From IMG/VR virus record IMGVR_UViG_3300025020_000007, positions 1-32,861 of that record: a stretch of DNA of 32,861 nt, one strand, 5' to 3'. Within the stretch, counting starts at the first letter, position 1. Each line of letters opens with the position of its first letter. The stretch is from a virus. Lineage: Duplodnaviria; Caudoviricetes. The translations under genes and the position numbers were made by a program. The notes under the pieces are model-generated. The model saw only the letters and a list, made by a program, of their open reading frames with translations. It had not been told where the DNA came from and did no database searches. Shown here one piece after another: positions 1-8,799 of this stretch.

Positions 1-141
1 TGGAGCAGAGTCAGGGGCAGTAAGTGCCTCTGCTACAACTGGGGATGGGGGCGTTACCGACGACGGTAATGGCACCGTTGAGCAACCCGCCAACATCGCA
101 AACAGCATTGCCAGTGGTGTTATCTTGCTCACATTGTTCAT
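1..141 (-). CDS. Putative lipoprotein, N-terminal part (runs off the left edge)
   Basis: Not in the ORF track. Manual translation gives MNNVSKITPLAMLFAMLAGCSTVPLPSS..., a hydrophobic stretch ending in the lipobox LAGC. The ATG overlaps the upstream stop codon (ATGA). Confidence 0.7.
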   Translation of the reverse strand, partial: MNNVSKITPLAMLFAMLAGCSTVPLPSSVTPPSPVVAEALTAPDSAP

Positions 142-1475
142 ACTACACCTCCAGGTTGGTTCTCCAATGTCAACTGCTCATCCTCAAGACTTTTTTCGTA
201 GTTGCTCAAGGTGTCAAGATATCCTGAGTTTCGCACCACCTTGAAGGCCAAGTTTTCTACTGAAAATTCACCTACTGAGTCAAGCCCTGCTTTGCGCATG
301 CGTTTCATCTGGTCCCAGATGCGATTTAAATCGTCTATGTTCTGTGTGCCCGAATCAATCAACTCGTCAATCCTGCTCATGACATCAAACGCTTTCGCTT
401 TCACTGCCTCATCGTTGTATTCAACTTTTTGCTGGGTAGGCTTCTTGAGCCAGCGATCCTGCAGCAGCGAGTAGACACCAGTTGCGACCAGTTTGCTATT
501 CTTGTCGTCGTTCACATCTTCAGCATATAACTCTGTAGTGTAGCCCTTGACAGTTATGTCGTGCCCTGAGTTCCACAATGATTTTTTCGCTATTAGGAAA
601 GGCGCGGTCAGTGGGTTTTCGCCAAGCCGTGTCGCATCCACTAGCACATGAATGTCAATGTCAGATTGCTCAGTATAGTTAAATGCGCAGTTGCTTCCTG
701 TAATCACATAGTCAACTATTTGTATTTGCTTGACATCAATGAACTCTGAAAACTTATTTGCTATTTTACCTAACGCTTCTTTAACGTCAGGCAGAAGTTC
801 CATACCATCCCACAGTGCTGGATTTAACTCGTCGTGGTAGGCCAGCGTGATCTTAACATCATCTGGTGAGCTCACTGCCTCAGGCAACCCGTAGTTTACA
901 GATTCTTTAAGGGTGAAGTTAGATTTGAACCACAGGTAGATGTCAGTATTTGATGAGTGACGATCCATTTCTCGTCGTAGAATCAATATGATTCTATTCT
1001 TATCAGCCCACGACAAATCTTTCCAAATACCCACATCTCTACGCAATATCCTAAACGCTCCATTGCTGTATAGATGTAAATACTCTTCTAATCGCCAGAA
1101 AAAACTAGCATCATCGTTGTGACTTGTTTTACTCTGACTTTTTACCGCATTTAAATATCGCTGAACTTGAAAAATAGGCAAACTAATACTACCATTTATT
1201 TTTATAGTTCCACTAAATGTGTCTTGATGAATCAAGATAGCCAGTAGATTAGCCAAATCAGTCCCAGCATAGTGAATATTTTCGTAGGGATTATAGTTAG
1301 TTGTTTGCGATGCGTAGTTAGCGACCCACGATGGGTTAGTGTGCCGCAAAATCTCAATCATCATAATCATCAAATACACAATGCTGGCTATTTCATCAGC
1401 AGATTTCCCCTTGATGTCTTTCGTGTCACGAAACATCCTTGCTTCTGTCAAATGTTCAATAAACTCTAACTTCAT
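138..1475 (-). CDS. Two-domain protein with a C-terminal pol-beta-family nucleotidyltransferase; possibly a virion internal protein
   Basis: Motif ITGSNCAFNYTEQSDIDIHV (GS...DxD) with a downstream ELYAED. N-terminal MKLEFIEHLTE and internal LKES resemble prohead-protease sites. Confidence 0.7.
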   Translation of the reverse strand: MKLEFIEHLTEARMFRDTKDIKGKSADEIASIVYLMIMMIEILRHTNPSWVANYASQTTNYNPYENIHYAGTDLANLLAILIHQDTFSGTIKINGSISLPIFQVQRYLNAVKSQSKTSHNDDASFFWRLEEYLHLYSNGAFRILRRDVGIWKDLSWADKNRIILILRREMDRHSSNTDIYLWFKSNFTLKESVNYGLPEAVSSPDDVKITLAYHDELNPALWDGMELLPDVKEALGKIANKFSEFIDVKQIQIVDYVITGSNCAFNYTEQSDIDIHVLVDATRLGENPLTAPFLIAKKSLWNSGHDITVKGYTTELYAEDVNDDKNSKLVATGVYSLLQDRWLKKPTQQKVEYNDEAVKAKAFDVMSRIDELIDSGTQNIDDLNRIWDQMKRMRKAGLDSVGEFSVENLAFKVVRNSGYLDTLSNYEKSLEDEQLTLENQPGGVV

Positions 1476-2639
1476 TTAATGATTACCGAAATTCGCTGAC
1501 GAAAAATGTTCCCTGCTAACTAATTTAATATGCCCGTCAGGGCTCGCTGCGACATACCCTTCCCCGCCCTTGACACCGCCAATGTGGGCGTAGATTGTCG
1601 TGCTCGCGTTGTCAAGTTGATTGATAATGTCTAGCTTGATTTTAGTCACAGTGTCAAACACATTGAAGATAGTTTGGAGAGCATTGCCACTCTCATTCAC
1701 ATACGCAATGACATTTTGTGCCATTTGTTTAGACAACTTAGGGTTGGCTTGAACCCAAGGTAGAAACTTTGCTGCTAACTGATCAAGATCACGAATCCGT
1801 GTCTGCTGGTTGACAAAAGTGTAAAGCATGTTAGGCAGGCTAGTAAGTTTACGGGCCTTCAAGTTGTTGGCATCTAAGAACGAGTCAATAACTTTTGCGT
1901 TTTGCTTGATATACTGTGTTGCTTCTTTAATGAGCGACTTACTCAAATCTATATTACCCTCAACCTTTACTTCAGGGCCTAGGATACATAGTGCTCCATT
2001 GGGATTTAGCCCTGCTGTATTTTTTAGCGGGGCTGGCTCTGCTGCGGTTCTTTCTTCAGGTGACCCAGCCACCTCTGCTGGGTAAAACCCATGAACTGCT
2101 AGCCCCGCTTTTCCTTGACCTACACGGCGGCCTAACTCTGATGTTTTGTCAATCTCATAAGTGGTAGTGCCCTCACCAAATATCCATCGCTTAACTGTGC
2201 TCTTGAGACCACCTGGCCACCACATCATGTCACCCTTGATAAACCCGCGGAAAGAAGGTGGAAAGGCTGACTCAACTATAGGCCACAGTTGGGTTATTTT
2301 TGCTAAGAATTCTGGGTTGCCGCCTTTTGCTGATTTTTGCGCCACGAACTCCTTGGCAGATTTATACATGCCGTCGTATCCTTTTGCTCCCCAACCAGCC
2401 ATGTCAGTCATGATGAACTGCCCGTCATTGGTGCGCCCAGCATACAATCCAATCTGCCCATCCCATTTGATAGTCAGCACCTGATCTTTTTCCTTAGGTA
2501 AAGATTTAAAACTATTGATCACACGCAATGCGCCAGCACTACCCTCAAAGAAGATAATGTCCTCAGCATGGTTCATTCCCACTTCGTTTAACTTGAAGGT
2601 AGGCTTTCTTGACTCTGTTATTATTTCACTTATTTTCAT
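1476..2639 (-). CDS. KxDG ligase/nucleotidyltransferase-like phage protein (DUF6267-like)
   Basis: HAED...TIKWDG (KxDG adenylation motif I), IKGDMMW, and GEGYV...IKLVSR (like motifs IV/V of ATP-dependent ligases). Confidence 0.6.
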   Translation of the reverse strand: MKISEIITESRKPTFKLNEVGMNHAEDIIFFEGSAGALRVINSFKSLPKEKDQVLTIKWDGQIGLYAGRTNDGQFIMTDMAGWGAKGYDGMYKSAKEFVAQKSAKGGNPEFLAKITQLWPIVESAFPPSFRGFIKGDMMWWPGGLKSTVKRWIFGEGTTTYEIDKTSELGRRVGQGKAGLAVHGFYPAEVAGSPEERTAAEPAPLKNTAGLNPNGALCILGPEVKVEGNIDLSKSLIKEATQYIKQNAKVIDSFLDANNLKARKLTSLPNMLYTFVNQQTRIRDLDQLAAKFLPWVQANPKLSKQMAQNVIAYVNESGNALQTIFNVFDTVTKIKLDIINQLDNASTTIYAHIGGVKGGEGYVAASPDGHIKLVSREHFSSANFGNH

Positions 2640-3247
2640 AGCATGTAATTATGTTTGTTATTATCACCAGGTTTACACCATAGACCAGTATATGGACTCA
2701 AAATAGAGTTTTCACGCAAAATATTTTGTTCTGGGTAATGGTCGTATTTTTCTAATATCCAGCAATACCGTTGAACCTCTGAATCATCATCTCCAGGGTA
2801 GACATTGATATTAGAAGTTTTTGGATCTATAATATGTTCTGTCTTAGTGTCAAAAATCATTGGGTGTAATCCTAGTGCTGGCAATGTCGTTGTCCACAGT
2901 TTTTTACCAGCATAAGTTTGATAAATGTCACTCTGTATAGATTTCTTCAATGTTTCTTTAATGTATTTATAGAGTTGCCCCATCAGGTTTTTGCCTTCAT
3001 GCGGCGGAAAAACTTGGGCATGCCTAGCCATCCAAACTTTACCATTTAACCGTGAGTGAAATCCAGCATAAGCGGCTACTTGTTTTTTATCATCAACAAA
3101 CATTGCTACCCTGGCATCATCAAACTCAGCGTAATATACAGTAAACTCACCAGCAACCCCCAACGGGCTTGCCATAGACAGGTAATGCTCAGCTGTGGAT
3201 AGCGAAAAAGTTTGATCTCCTATCAGCTCAATCTCATTTATTTTCAT
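2636..3247 (-). CDS. GNAT-like acetyltransferase
   Basis: QVFPPHEGKNLMGQLYKY resembles GNAT motif A, followed by SDIYQTYAGKKLW. Start moved to the ATG at 3247 (MKINEI), which overlaps the upstream stop as ATGA. Confidence 0.5.
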   Translation of the reverse strand: MKINEIELIGDQTFSLSTAEHYLSMASPLGVAGEFTVYYAEFDDARVAMFVDDKKQVAAYAGFHSRLNGKVWMARHAQVFPPHEGKNLMGQLYKYIKETLKKSIQSDIYQTYAGKKLWTTTLPALGLHPMIFDTKTEHIIDPKTSNINVYPGDDDSEVQRYCWILEKYDHYPEQNILRENSILSPYTGLWCKPGDNNKHNYML

Positions 3248-4818
3248 AGTAGATTTTGTAAGTTCCTGAACCATTGTGCTGACCCAGGTTGAACTGATTC
3301 AGGCAAGTTGATAAGCCCCTTAGTAGCGTCAGCTCTAGCTTGAGCTAGCTTTTCTTCCTTGCGGGGGTCGTTGGCAAGAGCTCGCATAATAGATTTTACA
3401 GATGCCATGTCAGCACCTGTGGCTGCTGGATTTAACAGAATCTTGGCGGCGGCAGCTTTGTTATCTGCGACTACTTTATTGGTGGCACGATCTACCAGTT
3501 TACCTTCAAACGGAGAAAACTTTAGCCCAAGTGCCTTGGCTAGGCTAGAATACATGATGAACAGATGCCCACCCTTAAAATCTGGATCTTCATACTGCCC
3601 GGATGGTCCGTGCTGATGGAAAGGGGCCACTCGCTCTGCGTCTGGGATCACCATGACGTCAACCTGAACGAAGGTTCCGTCAGGCACTGGCATTCTCACG
3701 TGAACGTTTCTGCCAGTTAGTGCTGCTTGAAATCCCTTATCGTTTACATACTGTTTAAACCTGACTTTGGCAATCTTGTCGTCAGGTGCTTTGAAAAAGT
3801 TAGCTATTTTTCCTGCGTCAACGAATACATCCATGTCACCAGATTGAATCTTAAAGCCAGCACTGCCAATATGAGGGACAATGTTTATGCCAGGTGGCAT
3901 CAAGGACTGGATATTTTTAATCAGTCCCGGAACAAACTCTTTCTTGATTGGGGATACATCGTCAAACACATTCCCGCCTTCAGTAATCATCGATTCTAAT
4001 AGTTTGTTTGCCCGCAAACGAATAGACTCGCTTTGTGTTCCTTGGGCTTTTTGCTGTCTTGCTGCAGCAATAAGTTTTAACGTTGCTTGATCTCCACGTT
4101 TAACCGCTTGTTCATACGCTGGGGTAAACTCATCTTTCATCGATGCTGGATCGACTACAGGTTGCGGTGCGGCAGGTTTTTGCCCAGGTGTTTTTACTTC
4201 AATGTCTTCAGCATCGGCATTAGTTGCAGCGTATTTGCTTGCAGGTGTTGCTGCTGGCGCAGTCAATCTAGGTTGCGACGGTAGCTGCGGTTGCGGTGGC
4301 CGTTGAGGTTGCTGTGTAGCAGGTAAGTTTGATTGCGGTGTCGGTGCTGTTGGTTGCTCTTGAGTTGGTTGCTCTTGACCTGGTTGCTCTTGTTTTGGTT
4401 GAACTACATCTCCATTATTGCGAGCATAAGTTGCTTGTTTAATATATTCTCGCACAGCTTTTGAATCTGTTGTTTGTAACTCCAAGTCACTTGAGTAATC
4501 TTCACGGTAATACTGATTCAAAAATCTGTCAAGATATTTTTTGTATGCTGCAGGATCTGCTTTAACTGCATCTGACAGAGTTGGCAACTTATTGACTTCC
4601 CACCGTTTAATGGTTGAAGCTGTTACATTATTGACTATTTTATTCCCCATATTCGCATGAGTAGTAGGAGATGACCCATACGATGCTGCACCTTTTGCTG
4701 ATTTTACTGCATTTGCTGTAGCAGATACTGCGGATGATGCCTTATCTTTAAGAGCAGTTGCTCCTGCTTTAATTGAGTCCCAAAACCCTTCGTCAACTAT
4801 TATATCATTTACTTTCAT
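3244..4818 (-). CDS. Multidomain protein: N-terminal region, P/Q-rich linker, C-terminal pol-beta-like nucleotidyltransferase
   Basis: HIGSAGFKIQSGDMDV ... VQVDVM (GS..DxD plus a third Asp). LLESMITE|GGNVF is a putative processing site ahead of the enzyme domain. Confidence 0.6.
   Translation of the reverse strand: MKVNDIIVDEGFWDSIKAGATALKDKASSAVSATANAVKSAKGAASYGSSPTTHANMGNKIVNNVTASTIKRWEVNKLPTLSDAVKADPAAYKKYLDRFLNQYYREDYSSDLELQTTDSKAVREYIKQATYARNNGDVVQPKQEQPGQEQPTQEQPTAPTPQSNLPATQQPQRPPQPQLPSQPRLTAPAATPASKYAATNADAEDIEVKTPGQKPAAPQPVVDPASMKDEFTPAYEQAVKRGDQATLKLIAAARQQKAQGTQSESIRLRANKLLESMITEGGNVFDDVSPIKKEFVPGLIKNIQSLMPPGINIVPHIGSAGFKIQSGDMDVFVDAGKIANFFKAPDDKIAKVRFKQYVNDKGFQAALTGRNVHVRMPVPDGTFVQVDVMVIPDAERVAPFHQHGPSGQYEDPDFKGGHLFIMYSSLAKALGLKFSPFEGKLVDRATNKVVADNKAAAAKILLNPAATGADMASVKSIMRALANDPRKEEKLAQARADATKGLINLPESVQPGSAQWFRNLQNLL
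4351..4401. repeat. 15-bp tandem repeat (~3.4 copies, TGGTTGCTCTTGnnn) encoding the QEQP linker
   Basis: Seen directly; translates as QPKQEQPGQEQPTQEQPT. Confidence 0.8.
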
Positions 4819-5056
4819 TTTTAATCCTTCTTAGTCCGCGAGTAAACTTAGAAGCGTCTTGACCCCTAATGCTGTTCAACAATCGTCGCTCTAGATCAGC
4901 AGCTACTTCAGCATTATAGTTTTCACGCAGGGTCTGAATCAGGTTGATGGCGCCTTGGATGATGTGCGTTGCCCTGCTTTCCAGCAGGTTTTCTCTATCA
5001 CGGTGAACCAGCAGGTTATCCAGCTCGTCTAGCAAAGATCGTGTCTTTTTCTGCAA
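4805..5056 (-). CDS. Phage hypothetical protein
   Basis: 83-aa ORF with a TTG start and GGAG SD; CATAAATA motif upstream. Confidence 0.7.
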   Translation of the reverse strand: MQKKTRSLLDELDNLLVHRDRENLLESRATHIIQGAINLIQTLRENYNAEVAADLERRLLNSIRGQDASKFTRGLRRIKNESK

Positions 5057-5080
5057 GAAAATACTCCAGTTTAGTTGTAG

Positions 5081-5088
5081 TATTTATG
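5081..5088 (-). promoter_or_regulatory. T4-like late promoter (CATAAATA)
   Basis: One mismatch to T4 TATAAATA, in the intergenic gap ahead of the putative virion-protein block. Confidence 0.55.
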
Positions 5089-5104
5089 CCATTCTAGATC
5101 AAAA

Positions 5105-6451
5105 CTATTTTAACTGTGACTTGAGGCTTGACAGCATGTTAGAAAGTTTCTTAGACTGGATATCCGCCACTGGCGGCTTCTTAGCTGTGATTTCACCAGT
5201 GTCACCATCGAGTGACTCCCCTTCCTTCACTATCTTAGACCTAGTCTTCAAGCTACTAAGCACTGCGGCGGGCAGTTTGCTCATTGGGGAATCACTTTCT
5301 TGTTCTCCAGCGTCTACAATGCGCAGACTTTCTACGTCGTAGACTAGGTCAACCTTCGTCCCAACGCCTGAGCTACTACGAGTCTTCAACAGTTGAAGCT
5401 GATATTTGCCACTTTCACGCATTGCCCGTGAAGTAAAGATACCAAACACATTGTCAGCAGTGTTGATCTTTGAAATACCACCCGAGATGTGGCTGTGATC
5501 AAACTCTACCTCGTCAACTGCATTTCTGTTCAACTGTGAAGCGGTTATGAATAATACATTCAGCTCTTTAGCTAAGTTCCGTAGCTCTTCTGACACATAT
5601 TTGTCTTTAACAAACAAGTTTTCTGGAGATACTTTTACCCCAACTGGCATAAGCAAATCCAAATAGTCAACCATCAAAAAGTCAACCTTAGAGTTAGTCT
5701 GTATCTCAAACTCTTTAATATACGCCCTAATGTCGTTTACTGTGCTCTGGGCTGGCATATATTTTATCTGGAACTTTCCAGCTTTTTTACCAGCCATTCT
5801 AATCTTGAGCTCTACGTCATCAAGATTCTTGAAAATGCTCTTCGTGCTGCAGTTTGCCACCATTGCGTCAATACGCATTGCAGACAGCCCCTCGCTCAAC
5901 TCTAGTGTCAGGTATAGCCCATTCAACCCTGCTGAAAACCAATTCACGCTAATGTTTTGCATGAAAAGTGACTTGCCCGTATTGTGACTGCAAATATCAT
6001 TCGTGTAATATCTATGATTTTTATGGTTAACTGCTAAATCATATACCTTGGTCGATTTCTTAATCTGATCGATAACCACGATCGTGTCATACCCCTCTTT
6101 CGATAATAATATGTCGTTTACTGTTAAATCTTTTGCATAGTGCCACGTTAAATCAGGCTTCTGAAACAAATGATCAAAACTAGCTTTAACTTGTCGCCCA
6201 GAAGCGAAGGTAAAGTTGTACATAATATCTTTGATTTTTTCAACGCAATCAGTAACAGGAACCCACCCGTCTGGACTTGCCACTAATAGTTTCTGATCAT
6301 TTACCTTACCACTAAGTGATCCGATCGGAACTTTTTTTGGTTGAGTAAGTTGATACAACTCATCAACGGCAGAAGTATTACTGTTAAGTAATGACAACTC
6401 AGCAGCTGAATAAAATTGACTAAGCCAAGTAATTTTTTCTTGTAATTTCAT
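5105..6451 (-). CDS. gp41/DnaB-like replicative helicase, C-terminal half, preceded by the C-part of a split intein
   Basis: Intein blocks B (ASFDHLF), F (VYDLAV) and G (YYTNDICSHN), then TGKS (end of Walker A), YLTLE, LMVDYLD, TASQLNR. Probable start is the ATG at 6451 (MKLQEK). Confidence 0.92.
   Translation of the reverse strand: MKLQEKITWLSQFYSAAELSLLNSNTSAVDELYQLTQPKKVPIGSLSGKVNDQKLLVASPDGWVPVTDCVEKIKDIMYNFTFASGRQVKASFDHLFQKPDLTWHYAKDLTVNDILLSKEGYDTIVVIDQIKKSTKVYDLAVNHKNHRYYTNDICSHNTGKSLFMQNISVNWFSAGLNGLYLTLELSEGLSAMRIDAMVANCSTKSIFKNLDDVELKIRMAGKKAGKFQIKYMPAQSTVNDIRAYIKEFEIQTNSKVDFLMVDYLDLLMPVGVKVSPENLFVKDKYVSEELRNLAKELNVLFITASQLNRNAVDEVEFDHSHISGGISKINTADNVFGIFTSRAMRESGKYQLQLLKTRSSSGVGTKVDLVYDVESLRIVDAGEQESDSPMSKLPAAVLSSLKTRSKIVKEGESLDGDTGEITAKKPPVADIQSKKLSNMLSSLKSQLK
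5981..6451 (-). mobile_element. Split intein C-fragment (~157 aa, ends HN; Thr+1 at 5980)
   Basis: Canonical blocks B/F/G and terminal His-Asn, but no block A. Confidence 0.88.
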
Positions 6452-8225
6452 ATTTAAAATTTCCAGTATTCCAAAAACGATTATATCCATTATCTACCAT
6501 ATTTTGCCATTCCGTTAGATTGGCATCGTAAACATCAAGTTGGGTGCTAAGTTTATGTTTTTGAAATTGTAATCTATTATACACTATTCTATTCTTAAAA
6601 TACAAGTAAGACGGTGGTGTTTCTCCCATCAATGTGAATCCAAGGGAATCGTAAACATTCCCTGCGCTAATATCTCGATCTGCGTATGTGATTACACGGT
6701 CAACTGTATTAGAGCGTATGAAATGAGTCAGCAGTTTGCTTGCGCCACCAACAATTAAATGATGTTTGATTGACGCAAACCGCAATAACTCGTATTCTGT
6801 GTTCAAATACCTGGATTTCCCGAAACCCATAGCAGAAACTAATATTCCATCGCTAAACAATCCATATCGAATGCTAGCATTAACTTTGCCTTGAATATGG
6901 TTTTCTCCCATGAACTCAGAAAATTGAGCAGAAGATATACTTTTAACTTGAGTATTCCTTGCACTTATTTTAGATGTTATTATTCCCAGTCTGGCAGATA
7001 GCATGCTAGTTAGCAAATCTAAATTGTCATCAAATTGGTAGTCCCACAAATGAAGTAACCTGATTCCTTTAGAATCACATATTTTTGTTTTTCCTAAATG
7101 GTAGTCCTTTCCTTTGCCCATTAACTCACTATGCCAAAAAATGCCGTTGCATTCAATTGCCATTTCTTTCTCCGGCAGGTAGAAATCCAATTCTTTCCCC
7201 GCCAAAATTGATCTATTATTTTGTTCAAACTTAATATTATTCTTTTTAAGAAATTGGGCAATTATATCTTCATATTGATTATGCCGTTTTTCGTAATCAA
7301 TTAAATTCATTGCGTATGCTCTGTTTCGAACAGTAGTTGCCGCAAGATTATATTTTTCGGCTACTGCGTTAATAGTATTGCCATGCAACACATCAGCAAA
7401 TGAATCTGGGTGCTCCATGAAAAACTTCACTTCATCTGACCAATGACTTTGCGATGGGTGACAACCAAATTTTTCAATCATTGTTTGTGACGCTTTGCCG
7501 CGATTATTGAAATTTTCATCGCCATATTTTTCAAATTTAGTAAGTTTGCTTTTTTTCTTAACTTCCTCAATCTGAAACGGATTCATGCCGTCATACAACT
7601 CGTTCATTTTAGTTTTAAACTCAGCAGTGCAAAAGTAAGAAGGCACCCCATAATGTTCGATCATTGCGGATCGCACCTTGCCCTTAACTTCATCCAATGA
7701 GCTCGTATGCTCAACGCCGTAGTTCTTCAAATTAGAAATTTTCGTTTTCTCAAGTCTAAGTTGGGTGTTTTGTTTGCTTTTTATTCCAATTTTTTTCTTA
7801 GTAGAGTCTAATTTAGAGATATTGTCAACCCCATATTTCGTAATAATCGATTGAGAAATGATGTCAGTTCTTTGAAAAATATTCTGAACTCCATACTTCT
7901 GTATGGTCGTAGTTATACGTTTTTGCTGAGTTACATTACTTTTTTTGCTGCAAGATGCAGAGCAAAACTTTGAAGTTTTCGCAAATGATTTGTGAGATCG
8001 GATTGTGGTTCCACATTCAATGCATGTTCGCTGCGTTATTTCACCCGCTAGCAAGTAAGATACTCTCGTTAACAACGGTGCTGGGTAATCTAAAAATTTT
8101 GTATGTTCAAATATTGAGCAAGCAATTTCCTCTGACATGCGTTTTTTTGAATTGAACCCGTTGTTTTTAGTTACGAACTCGTGCAGCAGCAAATCTCTTA
8201 ATGTTTGGTAAGATAACAACTTCAA
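6420..8225 (-). CDS. Free-standing homing endonuclease (Hef-like: KYG repeats, Vsr/DUF559-like nuclease, C-terminal GNAT/Mom-like domain)
   Basis: CIEC..FCSASC Zn motif; repeated KYGVxN units; ELDFYLPEKEMAIECNGIFWH nuclease motif; ELLRFA..VGGASKLL..ITYADR..GNVY..LGF. The real start may be the TTG at 8219, 6 nt after GGAGG. Confidence 0.8.
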   Translation of the reverse strand: MKLLSYQTLRDLLLHEFVTKNNGFNSKKRMSEEIACSIFEHTKFLDYPAPLLTRVSYLLAGEITQRTCIECGTTIRSHKSFAKTSKFCSASCSKKSNVTQQKRITTTIQKYGVQNIFQRTDIISQSIITKYGVDNISKLDSTKKKIGIKSKQNTQLRLEKTKISNLKNYGVEHTSSLDEVKGKVRSAMIEHYGVPSYFCTAEFKTKMNELYDGMNPFQIEEVKKKSKLTKFEKYGDENFNNRGKASQTMIEKFGCHPSQSHWSDEVKFFMEHPDSFADVLHGNTINAVAEKYNLAATTVRNRAYAMNLIDYEKRHNQYEDIIAQFLKKNNIKFEQNNRSILAGKELDFYLPEKEMAIECNGIFWHSELMGKGKDYHLGKTKICDSKGIRLLHLWDYQFDDNLDLLTSMLSARLGIITSKISARNTQVKSISSAQFSEFMGENHIQGKVNASIRYGLFSDGILVSAMGFGKSRYLNTEYELLRFASIKHHLIVGGASKLLTHFIRSNTVDRVITYADRDISAGNVYDSLGFTLMGETPPSYLYFKNRIVYNRLQFQKHKLSTQLDVYDANLTEWQNMVDNGYNRFWNTGNFKYEITRKNYLA

Positions 8226-8247
8226 CCTCCGTGTCAGCAGTTACACA
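8167..8247 (-). mobile_element. Split intein N-fragment (26 aa, CVTADTEVEVVILPNIKRFAAARVRN)
   Basis: Block A consensus C-h-x-x-D-T-x-V begins exactly inside the P-loop. Confidence 0.85.
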
Positions 8248-8799
8248 TCCTGAACCTCCAGCAAATATATTTAGTTCACCACGGTTCATTCCCCCAAACA
8301 GTGCTCGATCTAAGCTAGCCCAACCAGTGCTGATTTGACCATTGCTTGATTTAATCTCCATCAACCTTTTTCTAGGGTCAGCAAAATAATCAGTGCCCAT
8401 GTCTTTAACTAACCCAATCTGAACTGCATCTTTGATCAGTTTTTCCACTGGGTCGTATTCGCCCTTTTCAAGCAAGTCAGCAGCCTTCAAGATTGCTCGC
8501 TCAAGTTCCATTCGTTTACTAAATCCCTCAAACTCTTGCAAGAACCAATCATAGTGACTGTCATTTAACTCACCTGGTGGCGCCAACTTAGTTCCGCATA
8601 CAGCATTTATCTGTTCAAAGGTGGGCATAGTTTTATGCTCATCCGTATGCTCTTGAATAAACTTAGCTGGTGCTTGCATAGCCCGTGAAAAGTTTAATGG
8701 GTTGAAAATATTTTGCACCCTAACATAACTCGTCGGCGATTGCAGAGCCATCTCCAAAAATAACTTCTGCACATCTTCCGTATAGTTTTTAATAGCCAT
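8167..8799 (-). CDS. gp41/DnaB-like replicative helicase, N-terminal half, followed by the N-part of a split intein
   Basis: ISTGWASLDRALFGGMNRGELNIFAGGSG (start of Walker A), then CVTADTEVEV (intein block A) and a stop 26 aa after Cys1. Confidence 0.92.
   Translation of the reverse strand: MAIKNYTEDVQKLFLEMALQSPTSYVRVQNIFNPLNFSRAMQAPAKFIQEHTDEHKTMPTFEQINAVCGTKLAPPGELNDSHYDWFLQEFEGFSKRMELERAILKAADLLEKGEYDPVEKLIKDAVQIGLVKDMGTDYFADPRKRLMEIKSSNGQISTGWASLDRALFGGMNRGELNIFAGGSGCVTADTEVEVVILPNIKRFAAARVRN

Noticed and set aside
6451-8167. Group I/II intron as the explanation for the split helicase
   Set aside because: The interval is entirely filled by an ORF overlapping both halves, with no room for or sign of a ribozyme core. 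Intein motifs explain the junction, though RT-PCR is needed for formal exclusion.
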